Below are positions 33,418-46,979 of a stretch of DNA of 64,000 bases, in pieces. The position numbers and the translations under genes were made by a program. How positions within the stretch are numbered: position 1 is the first letter of the stretch; each line of letters opens with the position of its first letter. The stretch lies in assembly GCF_009914755.1 (NCBI RefSeq), contig NC_060927.1; one strand, 5' to 3'. Source of the DNA: the human T2T-CHM13v2.0 reference genome, Homo sapiens. A model generated the notes under the pieces. The model did not search any database. It was given only the letters and a program-made list of their open reading frames with translations, and was not told where the DNA came from.

Positions 33418-33474
33418 CCCTGGACTGCTTCGGGCTGAACTTATTCTTGATGAATAATAACTGCATTCAGATGG
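33418..33474 (-). CDS. LRRFIP2: LRRFIP2 coding exon, 57 nt (PSECSYYSSRISSARSSPG)
   Basis: ttttatag|CCA acceptor, GGG|gtgagc donor. Confidence 0.93.
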
Positions 33475-33981
33475 CTATAAAGTTTCCAAGAAGAAAGGTT
33501 TTACAACAATGATCACCTCATTATTCTAATGAGAATACATTAGGGACCATTTACCTAACTTGCCCCTGGTTCTCAAGATAAAGGTAACTGTTATTCAGTG
33601 GTGTAGAACTCTACCTCATCCCCACCCTCAAGATCCACCAGCCCTTGGCTAGAGGGAGCGAAGAGGAAGGGGATGCCCTGAGAAGTGCTGCTCAGAACTT
33701 CTTCAGGAGGAACTAATGAACAAGAAAAGTGGTTTTTCTATGCATTTCCCTAATACTTGAAATCATGATTTCCAGCAGGCATTTTATCACAGCTTGGGTG
33801 AGAGTCACAACTGGCTAGCTCAATGACTTGATCACAGCTTAGAGAGTAATTCCAGGTCAGATTAAATGACTTTTTCTTTGTATATTTTTCTTTTTTATTA
33901 ATTTTTGACTTTTTCTTTGAAAGTAAACTGTGCCCACCCACATTTCCCTCCTCTTCACCACCTTCCCCTATTTAGACTTAC

Positions 33982-34029
33982 AGTTCGAGGACCATAAGGG
34001 TTATATAATCCACCATTGTACAATGATGC
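33982..34029 (-). CDS. LRRFIP2: LRRFIP2 coding exon, 48 nt (ASLYNGGLYNPYGPRT)
   Basis: ttccttag|GCA acceptor, ACT|gtaagt donor. Confidence 0.93.
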
Positions 34030-34871
34030 CTAAGGAACAAAGGAAATATCACTTAGCTATTTAGCTTCAAGGTTGTTTTGAAAATGACTTAATGTTTTCA
34101 CAATACTCAGTACCAAAAAAGTTTTGGAGAATGATATAAGTGTATAGCCTCCCAGAATGAAAACCCTGAAGGCGGTAATACTCATTTATATGCAAAAATT
34201 GCTATCAACCTTGCACTTCATTTTTTAAAAAACACCCCTGGTTACAGTATTTTCTTTCACCATCATGTTATGAAACTGGGAGAATTAACGTGTACACATT
34301 TATCTTCTCAAAAGAGGAAACAGAGCAGGAAAGGAAACTGAGGTACAAAGAGCATTTTGCCTACTACTACAATAAAATTAAGTTATAAAACCTCAGGATC
34401 CCAGTCCACTAGAACAGGCCACAACACAACAAACAGCTTGAAAGCAACAAATTCACAGCTCACACATTACACAGAGCTACTGCTTTTACTTTTCTAGTCA
34501 GCTTGCTTTATTAGATCCTAGTATCAGAGGCCAAGATCATAACTGTCCCAAAGAAAAACAATATCCTTTCCATAAGCAGCCATCTCACAAAAGTATGTGA
34601 GTGTGGTAGGACTCAAGCAAATCTATCTTCTCTAGATAAAAAAAAACTGATTCTAAGCAAGGGCTACCAACAGCCCTCTGTGAAAGGAATATGTTCATTT
34701 TTAATACCCTAAAGTTGTATATTTTAAGCACAGGCAGCACATTCTGCAGTATACATGACACTAAAATCATGTGTCCTTAACTATTTTGGAGAAAAGCTGT
34801 CAAGCCATAGAGTTAGCACCATGACATTGACCCCACCAGCAGTGCACACACTGGAAGAGGAAAATACAAAC

Positions 34872-34916
34872 CAGACTGGCACTTCTCAGCAGACCAGAAT
34901 TTGCAGTAGGAGAGGC
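34872..34916 (-). CDS. LRRFIP2: LRRFIP2 coding exon, 45 nt (ASPTANSGLLRSASL)
   Basis: ttttcttag|GCC acceptor, CTG|gtttgt donor. Confidence 0.93.
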
Positions 34917-34997
34917 CTAAGAAAAAAGTGTATTATTAAACCCCAAAAAAAGCAACTGGTAGCTCTAAAGGCAGAACATTCCTCAGAAAGTACTAAC

Positions 34998-35048
34998 CCT
35001 GTCACTCTTACATGTTGCCAGAGGGTCACTGTACAGGGAAGAAGACTG
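34998..35048 (-). CDS. LRRFIP2: LRRFIP2 coding exon, 51 nt (QSSSLYSDPLATCKSDR)
   Basis: ctcttag|CAG acceptor, AGG|gttagt donor. Confidence 0.92.
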
Positions 35049-36335
35049 CTAAGAGACAAAAACAAAATAAATAAGCAAAAACAAAAACAAAGATGAATTG
35101 GTCTCACCATCATGAATGCAGAGGACTTAAGTTTATGATTTTATACTCCATAATTCATTAGCAATTCCTGAGTGCTTAAGGTAGTTAAGAAACACAAGAA
35201 ATAAGAAAAACTTAAGTAATTAGAAATTGTTTTGAATATTAATTGTAAGGGATAAGAAACAGCTGGAACAGTTTTCTATGAATTATAAATATGTTTATGT
35301 CCCATTGGTCTTCGAGCATTATTGTTAGGATATGGAATGGCAAGTAAGAAAACACTGAGGGAAAGAGGGTCATGGTACCGGGAGTGTGGAAAACAGTGGC
35401 CACATCCCACTCACCCAGTTCTTATGATATTTTCAGTGATTTTATGACCAACTCCTAATTGGCTTAGACTGATTTTTGGAGAACCAGATAAATAAGCTCC
35501 AAGTTATCTCTACAAACACTCTTTTCCAAATAGATTAGAAAACCTGTTCTTCAAAACAAGCCATGGACAAAGTGCCTTAGTTGAATTAGATAAATTGTAC
35601 TAGTCAATGAATCCATGCACTAAAAGAACACAGCATGTTTTTAAAGGAATTAAATCTTGCTTTTCCTGATGTCATCTGAGGACATACTTTTCAAGTTTTC
35701 ACCAAACCCAATCAGAGATGAAAAATAAGAGTACTTAAGTTGCGTGTGCAGGTTTTTTAAACAAAATTATTTTAAATGTACTGTGTGCCATACACTTAAT
35801 GTGTCTTAAATGTATGATGTGTCAAATGCCTTTAAAAAAACAAGAGATTCTAACATTAAATAATTACATTCTTCTCATGCCACGTGTTTACATTTTTATA
35901 TGTAAGCTTTTTTAAAAGGGTACCCACTCTGAAGTATATGGATGCTTACAACTTATTTTGAAATGTATCAAAAACTAAGATGAATTGATGGTTAGAGGGT
36001 CAAATAGATAATTATGTGATAAAGGAAATATAATGAATTATATAATCTAAATGATAGGTATGTGATGTTCACTGTATTATTCCTTGAACTTTTTTTGTAC
36101 ATTTAAACATCTTTATTTAAAAATGTCTTTAATGGTACTGATTTATAAACATGATGACTGAATAGTTCCCGTTGTTTAAAGAGACTCCCACAGACTATAT
36201 AAATTCAGTTACCAAAAACTAGTATATACGTAGCCATTTACAGATTAGTTACAGCTAGTCAAAATGCAAAATGGGGAGATTAGAAATATGTTAAAAGTGA
36301 ATCAAACACATAAAGCCAAAAAAGTTTAGACAAAC

Positions 36336-36410
36336 CCGAGTGTAGTAGGCAGAGGTGGGTTTGCTATGTCTAAGACTGCTATAGTTTCTCTGGTCAAAGT
36401 AGAGGCCACT
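36336..36410 (-). CDS. LRRFIP2: LRRFIP2 coding exon, 75 nt (SGLYFDQRNYSSLRHSKPTSAYYTR)
   Basis: tttttgcag|AGT acceptor, CGG|gtttgt donor. Confidence 0.93.
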
Positions 36411-37433
36411 CTGCAAAAAGCAAAATTAAACACATTTTTCTTAGGCTAAATGTTAATAACCTAACAACACACAAAGGCAAAACTGAACACAAAAAGGCAA
36501 AATATGATATTGCCAAATCCCTTCTTCTCCAAAATGTTTTTAAATCATCATATCACATTAAGTCAAAGTGACAATTATTTCAAGCCCCTAAAACAAAGAC
36601 ATTACTAAATTTTTAAATTTAAAAACAAGACAATAAACCCTCAGAGAAAATGGAATGAAAACAATTTATTCTCATGCCATACTTAAGAAAGTCCTTGAAC
36701 ACTCCTGGACAACTGAATAATTACCAGTTTTACAATCCATCTGGCAAAGCCACAGAAGTTATTAAAGAGCTATGTATTTGGTTCCAAACATTTCCTAGTC
36801 CCATTACTTGTCAAAATAAACTGACAAATTAAGTTACCAAAATGAAAGAGAGAGTACGATAAATATGGTTTGATCTAAAACACTTACGGCAGGTTCATTT
36901 ATACAATGTACAAAATAAACAATAGTACACATTATAGCTAATTGAGGGAGAGAAAACCATCTATAAAATTCCCTTCCCAACTTCTCTAGCCAACTTTTTT
37001 ACTCAAGGTTAAGCAAATTTAGGCAATCTCTGACTTAAAGACTCCATCAGTGTTGACAGTGGAGTTGAGGACATCCCTACTCCCACCCCATCCCTACCAC
37101 CCCTAGCCCTGCCTTCCCACACCACTCCTCACTCCCCACTCACACCCTCAACTAGGCACCTAAGGCTCACCTCTCCCCAGAGATCCCAAGACCCTACCTT
37201 CCAGGGCCTCTCGTTAATTTCCTCCCCATTACATTCTCCCTTCTCTCCTCCCTTGTACCAACCAAAGCCTTCCAACCCTCTCCCCGTTCAACCCATGGGA
37301 ACCCTGAATTAGCAAGGAGTTGGGACTGCACTTCCTTTGCCAGTACTGTTGCAGCCTAACAGGAAATGGGTGTTTCCAATGTACCAAGTGGGCATTCTGG
37401 AGACATTATTTTCCTCACAGAAATTTGTTTAGC

Positions 37434-37763
<330 letters not shown>

Positions 37764-38259
37764 TTAATTCTGCAGTTTAATTACATTATAGGTTAAAGAG
37801 TTTTCAGCAAGCTAGTATGGAAACTTTGCCATTACATATTTATTGAAGAAACTAGAAAATGCATTCCAAGTTCCCAAAACACAAACTTTTAGAATGAAAC
37901 CTATTTGTGAGTTTAGTTACGGCCCATAATACCACAACTAAATCAATTCAAATTCCTAAAATAAGGATGAGAATCTTACTAAACCTATTCTTGAGGTATA
38001 TTCCAAAGGACAATTAATAAATGAAAATACTTGTTAATGAGCTTCTTGTGATATAGTACTAACTCTGGCTGCTAGGGTTTGCATATGTTAATACTAAAAC
38101 TTGCAAATGAAAACAAAATTATTTTTAAATTTCTGATAAATCATGTTTCAGCAGATTATCAAGTTTCAATAATGTCCTAGTAGCACACCAAAGCAATCAT
38201 AATCCTTAAGTTCCTAACAGTACTTCGTGAATTGTGATATGAGAGACAACAGAACTAAC

Positions 38260-38325
38260 CAGTAGGTCTTTATGAGAATCAGAAGACCTCTTCTTCATTC
38301 CATGAGAGTGACTGTAAGAATGATT
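38260..38325 (-). CDS. LRRFIP2: LRRFIP2 coding exon, 66 nt (NHSYSHSHGMKKRSSDSHKDLL)
   Basis: cttccag|AAT acceptor, CTG|gttagt donor. Confidence 0.93.
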
Positions 38326-38647
38326 CTGGAAGTAAATATTCCAAGTTAACTTCAATGATTGCATAGCGAAGTTATGAAAATAATAAAATTCATCTTCAAA
38401 TTATATACACAAAGGTCTATATGAGATACACAATAGTTTACATGCAATTTATTTCCCAAAGGTTAGTAAACAATTCACTGCACTTTACTAGCTAGTCTAC
38501 CTGGCCTCTCTACACATCTGCATTCCTCCCTCACCTCCCTCTGTGCCAAGCATCTGTGTGTCTGGCCAGCTAAAGAAAACTTGATTAGAACTAAGAACCA
38601 GGCAGAATATTTGTGGAGACCTTCACACCACACTTGAGTCCCTCTGA

Positions 38648-38945
38648 CTTCTTTTTTTTCTTTTTCAATAGAAACAGGGTCTCACTCTGTCACCCAGACA
38701 GGGGTATAGTGGTACAATCATGGCTCACTGCAGCCTAGAACTCCTGGACTCCTGCCACAGTCTCCTGAGTAGGTAGGACCGCAGGCATGTACCACTACAC
38801 CCAGCTAATTTGGGGTTGGGGGAACAGGTAGAGACAATGTCTTGCTATGTTGTCCAGGATGGTCTTGAACTCTTGGCCTCAAGTGATCCTCCTGCCTCAA
38901 CCTCCTGAAATGCTGGGATTACAGGCATGAGACACCACTCCTGGC
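38648..38945 (-). mobile_element. Alu (J-like)
   Basis: Reverse dimer. Confidence 0.9.
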
Positions 38946-39820
38946 TAAGGGTATAGGTAACAAGATAATTCATTTCCTTCTATAGTCTTCCTTACCTAAA
39001 GGTCAAAAAGCAATCTTTTGGAACAATTAAAACAGGACTGAGAGAACAAAGAACATGACATTAAACTGTCCCAGACAGTACTCTTAACCCAAATTAGTGA
39101 ATCCACAGTATGTAATGCTCAGGAGGAAAACAACCAACATGGTATGGATTGCCCAGCATACCATAAATGGTCACCTTATAAAAGGGTCCCTTGAAGACAG
39201 GATTGTCTCAATACCTAACTTTTCCTAGGAGTACACAGCCAAGTACATATGGGGAAATTAAGGCTAGCAATACTACTAAATAGGTAAATTGGTAGATAAG
39301 AAATCTAATCTAGGTACGTACTACTTGCCTGAAATAAGAGAGTGTGGCTAGAAGTGCCCTACCTATCAAGAGCCAAAGGCAACAGACTGCTCTAGGTAAA
39401 CCATCTCACATATATATAGCTGTATTCCCAATCAATGATTAAAAACTCATTTTACTTTTTTTTTTTTGAATATGCATCTTTTTATACATTACTCTGAATA
39501 TTTTAAGAGATGTCTATGTAATTTAGAAACTCAGGCAACCTATTGACAAAATATTAACCCAAGAAAAACAAGCTATAACTTAAATTCCTTGGTTAATGAC
39601 ATACCATAAAAAACTAACCAAATCAAACCAAAATGTTTGGACATAACTGATGTCTTAGGTGTCCTCTAACACTACTGGATGTTTTCTATCTAGCAACTTC
39701 ACACCTGCCAGCTTTGTGACATATGACATAAAACACAATTTGGGCTTGTGCTCAACATGAAGACAAGTTTCTAACAGTGTTAGAATGACAATGAGTATAT
39801 GTTAGGTGGGTGGCTCATCA

Positions 39821-40153
<333 letters not shown>

Positions 40154-40398
40154 AGATATTACTACCAATCCTAGTCCTCAATAGATAAGAATAACTTGTG
40201 TCTAATTCTGAAATCCTAAAGAAAAAAATTACTATTCATGCCACAACCACAAAACATTAGCTTTTTGCTTTGTTAGTCACACATTTTCCCCAAAAGTTCA
40301 TAACAAAGCCATGAAAGTTAGTCATATTCTATAATTAGCATCAACAGATGTTTATAAAGTAAAATTCCACATATAACACAAAGTCATGTGCTACATAC

Positions 40399-40440
40399 TA
40401 ATGATGAAAGTCTTGATGATCTATCCTTGAACATATCATA
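40399..40440 (-). CDS. LRRFIP2: LRRFIP2 coding exon, 42 nt (YDMFKDRSSRLSSL)
   Basis: cccag|TAT acceptor, TTA|gtatgt donor. Confidence 0.92.
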
Positions 40441-41480
40441 CTGGGTTTCAGCAAAACATGAAAGTTGGTTTGTTTCCAAATTCAGAAATATAAAGAAGAG
40501 AAGAAGTAATATTTGAGGTTATTTTAAAAATCCAGCACTATTTTAAAATAAAAAATTATTAAACATGAAAGCTAATCCAGTTGAATTAAAAAATATTCTT
40601 CCTCCTACTTTTTCCTAGTATAAAGTATTGCTAAACTGTATGTATATTCAAAACTGTATGTTTATTTTTCTTTTAAACAACAAAATTCATAATCAGTAAT
40701 AGTGATATGATTCAATCTCAGTACACTATAGCACAAAACATCCTAAGGGAGCCTTTAAATACAAGAATTAAGCATTCTAAAGTCAAAAATGCTTTTTAAG
40801 AAAATTATTATCACTTTTAACATCATTTCCTATTGTTTGAAAAATGGCAAAAGCAAAGGATGAACAGGCAATGAGGCAAGCTGACATAACAAGCATGGTC
40901 AAGCTTACAAAAGAACAATTGCAGCACCAAGATGGGGAACATTCCCTTGGATCTGCTTGTGAACAAACACCTAAGAATGTCCTTCCTCAAGAAAATGCCG
41001 ATTTCTCATTTTGAGAAATCTGGTCAATGTGTGAACTGCACAGTATACATACAGGTGTGACACTGAATATAAATCAAAGAAAAATATACAAAACTCGTAA
41101 GACCAGAACACCCACATTTCATGTAGGATCCTTTTTAAAAGTAAGATATGTAATACCACATTTCAAATCCAGGGAAGAAAAACTAAATAGTAACTACATA
41201 GATTTATGGTTTTCACACATCGTTTCTTAAGCATTCTAGTTTATATTTTTAAGCTGTCTACCCAGAAAGTCATATACAAAACAAATAAAAGCAATGAACA
41301 AGTTCCTCAGGTAGTTTAAATACTAATTGTTTGATAAAAATATCTTTCTTTTCCAACTCTTATATTCATTTAAAATTTTAAGCAATACTATTCAAAAACC
41401 CAATCTAAAGTAACGTTTTCATAAGGATAGGTTGCAATTCATCAGTAGTTCATAAAATCAACTTAGTAGGGTCAACCAGC

Positions 41481-41781
41481 TTTTTTTGAGACAGGGTTTC
41501 ACTCTTTTGCCCAGGTTGGAGTACAATAGCTTGATCATAGTTCACCGCAACATCGAACTCCTGGGTTCAAGTGATCCTCCCACTTCAGGCTCCCAAGTAC
41601 CTGGAACTACAGAACTACAGGAACATGCCACCATACTTACCTAATTTTTTTTTTTTTAATTTTAGGAGATGGGGTCTTGCTATGTTGCCCAGGTTGGTCT
41701 TGAACTCCTGGGCTCAAGCAATTCTCCTACCTCAGCCTTCCAAAGGGCTGGGATTACAGGCAGAGGCCACCGTACCCTGCC
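41481..41781 (-). mobile_element. Alu (J-like)
   Basis: Reverse dimer; TSD tcaaccagc. Confidence 0.92.
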
Positions 41782-43180
41782 CTCAACCAGCATTTTAAAA
41801 ACTAAACTAGAAGAGAAAATATTAGAGGGTGTTGTGCAAAGTAAGTGCAAATATTATTTTGTGAAACTTTTGTTTCAATAATGTATTTTCTATACTTTTA
41901 CATATATACAAATCCACATGCATGAATCTTCATGTGTATACTGACTTATGGTGTAAAATGTATTTCTTGTTGTAGAGATCACAATTTTTAAAAAGCTTAA
42001 AATATATTAGAAAATCAAAGTATATAATCTAGTTCTAATAAGACATTAAAATAATAGTTCAGTCAGAATAAAGCCCTTCCATTCATGCCTAATGAAATGG
42101 TCATTTACAAAAAACATTGCAGAAACCTCAAAAAATAAATTCCATAAGTATCAGACTAAGTGGTACCATTTTACCACTGGTATAAATTCATTGAAAATGT
42201 TATTGTAATAAATACCAATTTTATTGGAGCAAAATATCTGTACCGCATGCTTTTCTTATATTATCCTGAAACTAACAGAAAACACAATAAAAAATATTAT
42301 TATTGCATGTGTAACAAAATCTTGTTACAAAATTTTCTAAAATGCGTAATAGTATGCATTTAAACTGTGTAGTAGTAAAATGTCACTTACCATGGAGAGA
42401 CACTTCCCCAAAAATAAAGTTGCTTCTCTATAGAAATTTCTAAATTAAAAAAAATCTAACCCTTTTGTTTAAAAAAAAAAAAAAAACCTCCATGACCAAA
42501 ACATATTACTCAAGTCACACATTCTAGCAGATAAGCTATTCCATCCTCCAAATAAGGTAAGTTCATGGAAAAGAGTAGCTGTCTTTCCTCTTATCATCCT
42601 CTCTATAGCACCAGTGGCATTTTACACAGGCATAGGATTTAACAAGCCAAACTGGAAATAACCTGTTTCAATTTTCCTTTTCCAAAATATAATGTAGAAT
42701 TCAGCTGGTTTAAAAAAAAATGTTGAATCTATCTGGTAGGAAAATCCATAATTTGGGCATACCAATTTCTACTAGAACAATGGGCAAACAAAAAAAGTCA
42801 CCCCAATAAGTAAAAGTTGGCCTTTATATTGTTGTAAAGAAAAGAAAGATTCATCAAAGGAGGTAAAAGTGAAAATAGTAAGGGCTCATTTCCAAATTTT
42901 TGATGCTATAACCATAGAGAAAAAAGAAAATTTTTTTTAACTTTAAAAGTTAAAAAAAAATCCAAAATTTGCTATTGTAATCTTTTAAAGAAATTTTAAC
43001 TGTCAAACTTGCCTGAAAGTTTTCATTAGGAAACAAACTAGAAAGAAAGTACATACAGTGAACAAAGTTCAGCAAGTGTCAATCTCTATTAGAATGTACC
43101 TATTACTCAAATATCAAGGACACTGAAAGTCAAAAGTGAATGCATAACACTAATACCACACATTTTCCTGGGCTACACAC

Positions 43181-43249
43181 CATAGTGTCTTTCCTTTTGG
43201 GTGTACTGGCTCTACTCCAAAGTGTCCCAGTTATATCCTTTGATGGGTT
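43181..43249 (-). CDS. LRRFIP2: Candidate additional in-frame LRRFIP2 exon, 69 nt (NPSKDITGTLWSRASTPKRKDTM)
   Basis: tttaattctattgaag|AAC ... ATG|gtgtgt; phase 0/0, stop-free, Ser/Arg/Lys-rich like its neighbours; not in the canonical sequence I recall. Confidence 0.55.
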
Positions 43250-43462
43250 CTTCAATAGAATTAAACAGTGTAATAGTAAATAATAAAACACAAAATTGTA
43301 AGTATATTTTAAAAATTAAATTCATTAAAATTATACCAAGGCTACTGGTATATAAATAGTAACTAAATACATGCAACAGTAAAAATCTCCACCAATGAGA
43401 AAAGGCAATGTATCCCTACTGCTCTGATTCAATCAAGATCACTTTTTCTTCGTTTTTATGCT

Positions 43463-43707
43463 GTGGCACAATCAACGCTCACTGCAGCCTCGACTTCCCG
43501 GACAGCTCCCACCTCAGCCTCCCAACTGGCTGAGACCACAGGCATGCAGCACCACACCCAGCTAATTTATTTTATTTGTATTTATTTATTTTTAGTAGAT
43601 ACAAGGTCTCACTACTTTGCCCAGGCTGATCTCAAACTCCTGGGTGATTCTGCTGCATCAGCCTCCCAAAGTGCTGGGATGAAAGGCGTGAGCCACCGTG
43701 CCTGGCC
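43463..43707 (-). mobile_element. Alu (J-like, degenerate)
   Basis: Reverse dimer with deletions; TSD caagatcactt. Confidence 0.88.
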
Positions 43708-45002
43708 AAGATCACTTCATTTTCTAATTTTGGATCTTTACCTTACTGTCTTCTTGTATTTCAATGTATAAAGCAATGACCAAGCAGCTACTAATGTTCT
43801 GCACTATTAATAATCCAATCATTATACAAAACTAATAGACACAGATTGTTTCAATTCTAAATTCCTAACTTTGATTTAATCTTCCCTCCCCCAATCCTAC
43901 CATTCACAGTCTTGAACTACCTTTGCTGTTTTTATTTTTATACATAATGTCTATAGCACTGACACCAACATTTCCAGCCCATATAGCTTCTGGTAAGCCA
44001 CCTTTCAAAAAGATAGTATATGAAAGTTAATTGGACAAAAGGAGAAACCTAAAGTCCTAAGAATGCAGCATAAGACCATAAATATATCCACCTCACATTC
44101 AGGTACTGCTAATGTTCAAACATCAAATACTACGTTCAAAAAGTATTAGACCTCTTAGTACACGGCCTTAAGTTTTTAAAAATAACTGGCTGAGAAATGC
44201 ATAACTCCAAAATTATATAGCAAACCACAAGGAAATTTAGGTCAGTGTTTAGGCCATCTACAGAGGACAAAAGTTGTCTAACAATTCAGCTTAATGGAAA
44301 AATTATTTTAAAAGCAAATAATTTGATGAAAACTTAGAACTCTCAATATTATTTGGGTAAAACAGAAAAAGTTTTATCTCAATTATATTTCTTTTAAATG
44401 AAATTAGTAGTGAGCCTTCAGACTTGTTTCCAGGAAAGTCTAAACATTTAAACTGTGTTAGATGTGCACTCACAGAGAGTAATGTACTAGAATCTCCTCT
44501 AGGATGTAAAACTTTTATTAATTTTTACATTTATACATTGACGTTTTTAAATACTGGGAGTTTTATTCTATCCCATAGTAACAAATTTTCAAAATCAACA
44601 TAATGAAATTAAATACTGGAGTTATATCTTAAATTTGTTTAATGATACAAATGCCATAAAAATAAAATCATCCTGATTATATACATTCTGGTATATAGTT
44701 ATTATCGGTTTAACTGCAGATTCCTTTTTTGTTTGCAGATTTGTTTTAAAGGCCCCCAAATGTTCAAATTTTGCTGGTTCTACCTTTAAGTTAAACAAAT
44801 ATATAATCAAATTTCCTAAGGCCACATACAAATTTATAAATAACCGGCTTAATAACAACTGTGTGAAAATACACACTGCGAACATTATAATGAAAAGCAA
44901 ATGAAAAAGCCATAAATACAAGAAGAGGATTATTTTCACAGCCTTTGAGACTTAACTTTAAAGCTTTTATTGACTGACTCCCTGCATGATTCTTTACAAA
45001 AT

Positions 45003-45306
45003 ATTTATTTTAATTTTTATTTTGAGACAGAGTATCACTCTGTCACCCAGGCTGGAGTGCGGTGGCACGATCTCAGCTCACTGCAACCTCCGCCCACGGA
45101 TCCAACTGATTCTCATGCCTCAGCCTCCCAAGTAGCTGGGATTACAGGCGTGAGCCACTACACCTGGCTAATTTTTGTATTTTTAGTAGAGACAGGGGTT
45201 TTTGCCATGTTGGCCAGGTTGGTCTGGAACTCTGAACCTCAGGTGATCTGCTCGCCTCAGTGTCCCAAAGTGCTGGGATTACAGATGTGAGCCACCGCTC
45301 CCGGCC
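45003..45306 (-). mobile_element. Alu
   Basis: Reverse dimer; TSD caaaatattta. Confidence 0.93.
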
Positions 45307-45450
45307 TTTTCAAAATATTTAAAGAGAAAAAAACAAAGTACTATATCTCCAGGGAGAAGTATGATGAATTCACTATTAAAATTTTTCTACTGTAAAATCA
45401 TTTATAAGCTGCCAATTATCTTAGATTTCTGTAAAGATCTGTTAATATTC

Positions 45451-45765
<315 letters not shown>

Positions 45766-46836
45766 TAAAGTTTTATAACTAAAATATTCCTGATTTAGTA
45801 ACCAGCTTAGTAACTTACTCTAAAAAGACAGTACATTACATTCACCAAGAAAAATAACCAGCCTGGAGAACATTCACCAAGAAAAACAGCCAGCCTGGAG
45901 TTTATATTTGTGAATATAAACATGTCAATAACTAGTATGCCAGAGCACACTCAGTTTATTAGAGTCTATTTTTATCATTTATACAAGGTAGAAAGAAAAT
46001 TACAGTCAGGGAAAACTAACAAATAGAGACTTTAACATGAAAGATCATTTTACTGATTAAGAAAACTACATGGAAGTATACATACAGCATTGTAACCAAA
46101 ATGCAATTGTACCCTAAAAGCTATTAAAATAAAAAAAATTTTAAATAAAATAAAATGGAAAAAAAGAAAGTATACATACAGCATTATCAATGTGCAAAAT
46201 AAAAGTGCTGCTTTAAGGTGTAAAGCATACTTTTTTAAGACAGAAATTAGGGTCTTGGCATAATACAAGGGTTTTTAAGGAGCAACTTCTCCTTCCTCCT
46301 GACTTATAACAATCCATGCAAAAAACAACCTGGGGCATTCTATAAAATGTTAATCAAAATGTCAAAGCATGATAATTCCTATACATATTCAGAGAACTTT
46401 TCAAATCAGTTGTTCAAATTTTCCACATAATAAAATTACAATTAATCATCCAAGCCCCAAAGCTATTTTGCATTTAATTGTCATTTTTTAAGATATGAAA
46501 GTAGGGAAAGTCTGAAAGTTAGAACCAAACAAATGTTATTCTACAAGATCAATCTTAATTATTTTGTGATACTTTTCCAAAATCAAAGGTCCTTCTATAG
46601 AAAAAGAGATTGGACCCATGTTAATAGATTAAAGTATTCATGATTTTAGAGTTGATTTACTTATGACAATAATTTGAAAGAAAGCATCATTTTCCAATGA
46701 AAGGTCTTTGCCAATATCTTATACTTCTTTTAAAAACGCAAAGAAATACAGGAACATTGTCAGATTGTTTAGGCAACATTATTGAAGAAAGCTCACACGT
46801 AAGCTTTGTATTGTGTAGACAAGTTAAAATACCAAC

Positions 46837-46881
46837 CCTGTGACTGCCAACACTTCGAATGGACAATGCATCCTCAACTCC
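46837..46881 (-). CDS. LRRFIP2: LRRFIP2 coding exon, 45 nt (GVEDALSIRSVGSHR)
   Basis: ttttatcag|GGA acceptor, AGG|gttggt donor. Confidence 0.93.
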
Positions 46882-46979
46882 CTGATAAAAATAAAAATAA
46901 ACACAGTAAAAGTTTGTGAGTGATTACATTAAGCTAATGAGGAAAAGTATTAGAGGCAAGTGTATAGGTTATTACAAAC

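Noticed and set aside
34589-34631. Possible cryptic exon (tag|...|gtgaga)
   Set aside because: Poor exonic donor context (TTT) and no acceptor choice gives a multiple of 3
35010-35012. Codon TGT (Cys) where I half-remember Tyr in the reference protein
   Set aside because: My recall of that residue is not reliable; it needs alignment to RefSeq and dbSNP
43970-44001. 32-nt segment aag|GTGGCTTACC...AAT|gttggt
   Set aside because: Not frame-preserving, and no partner exon with a matching phase was found
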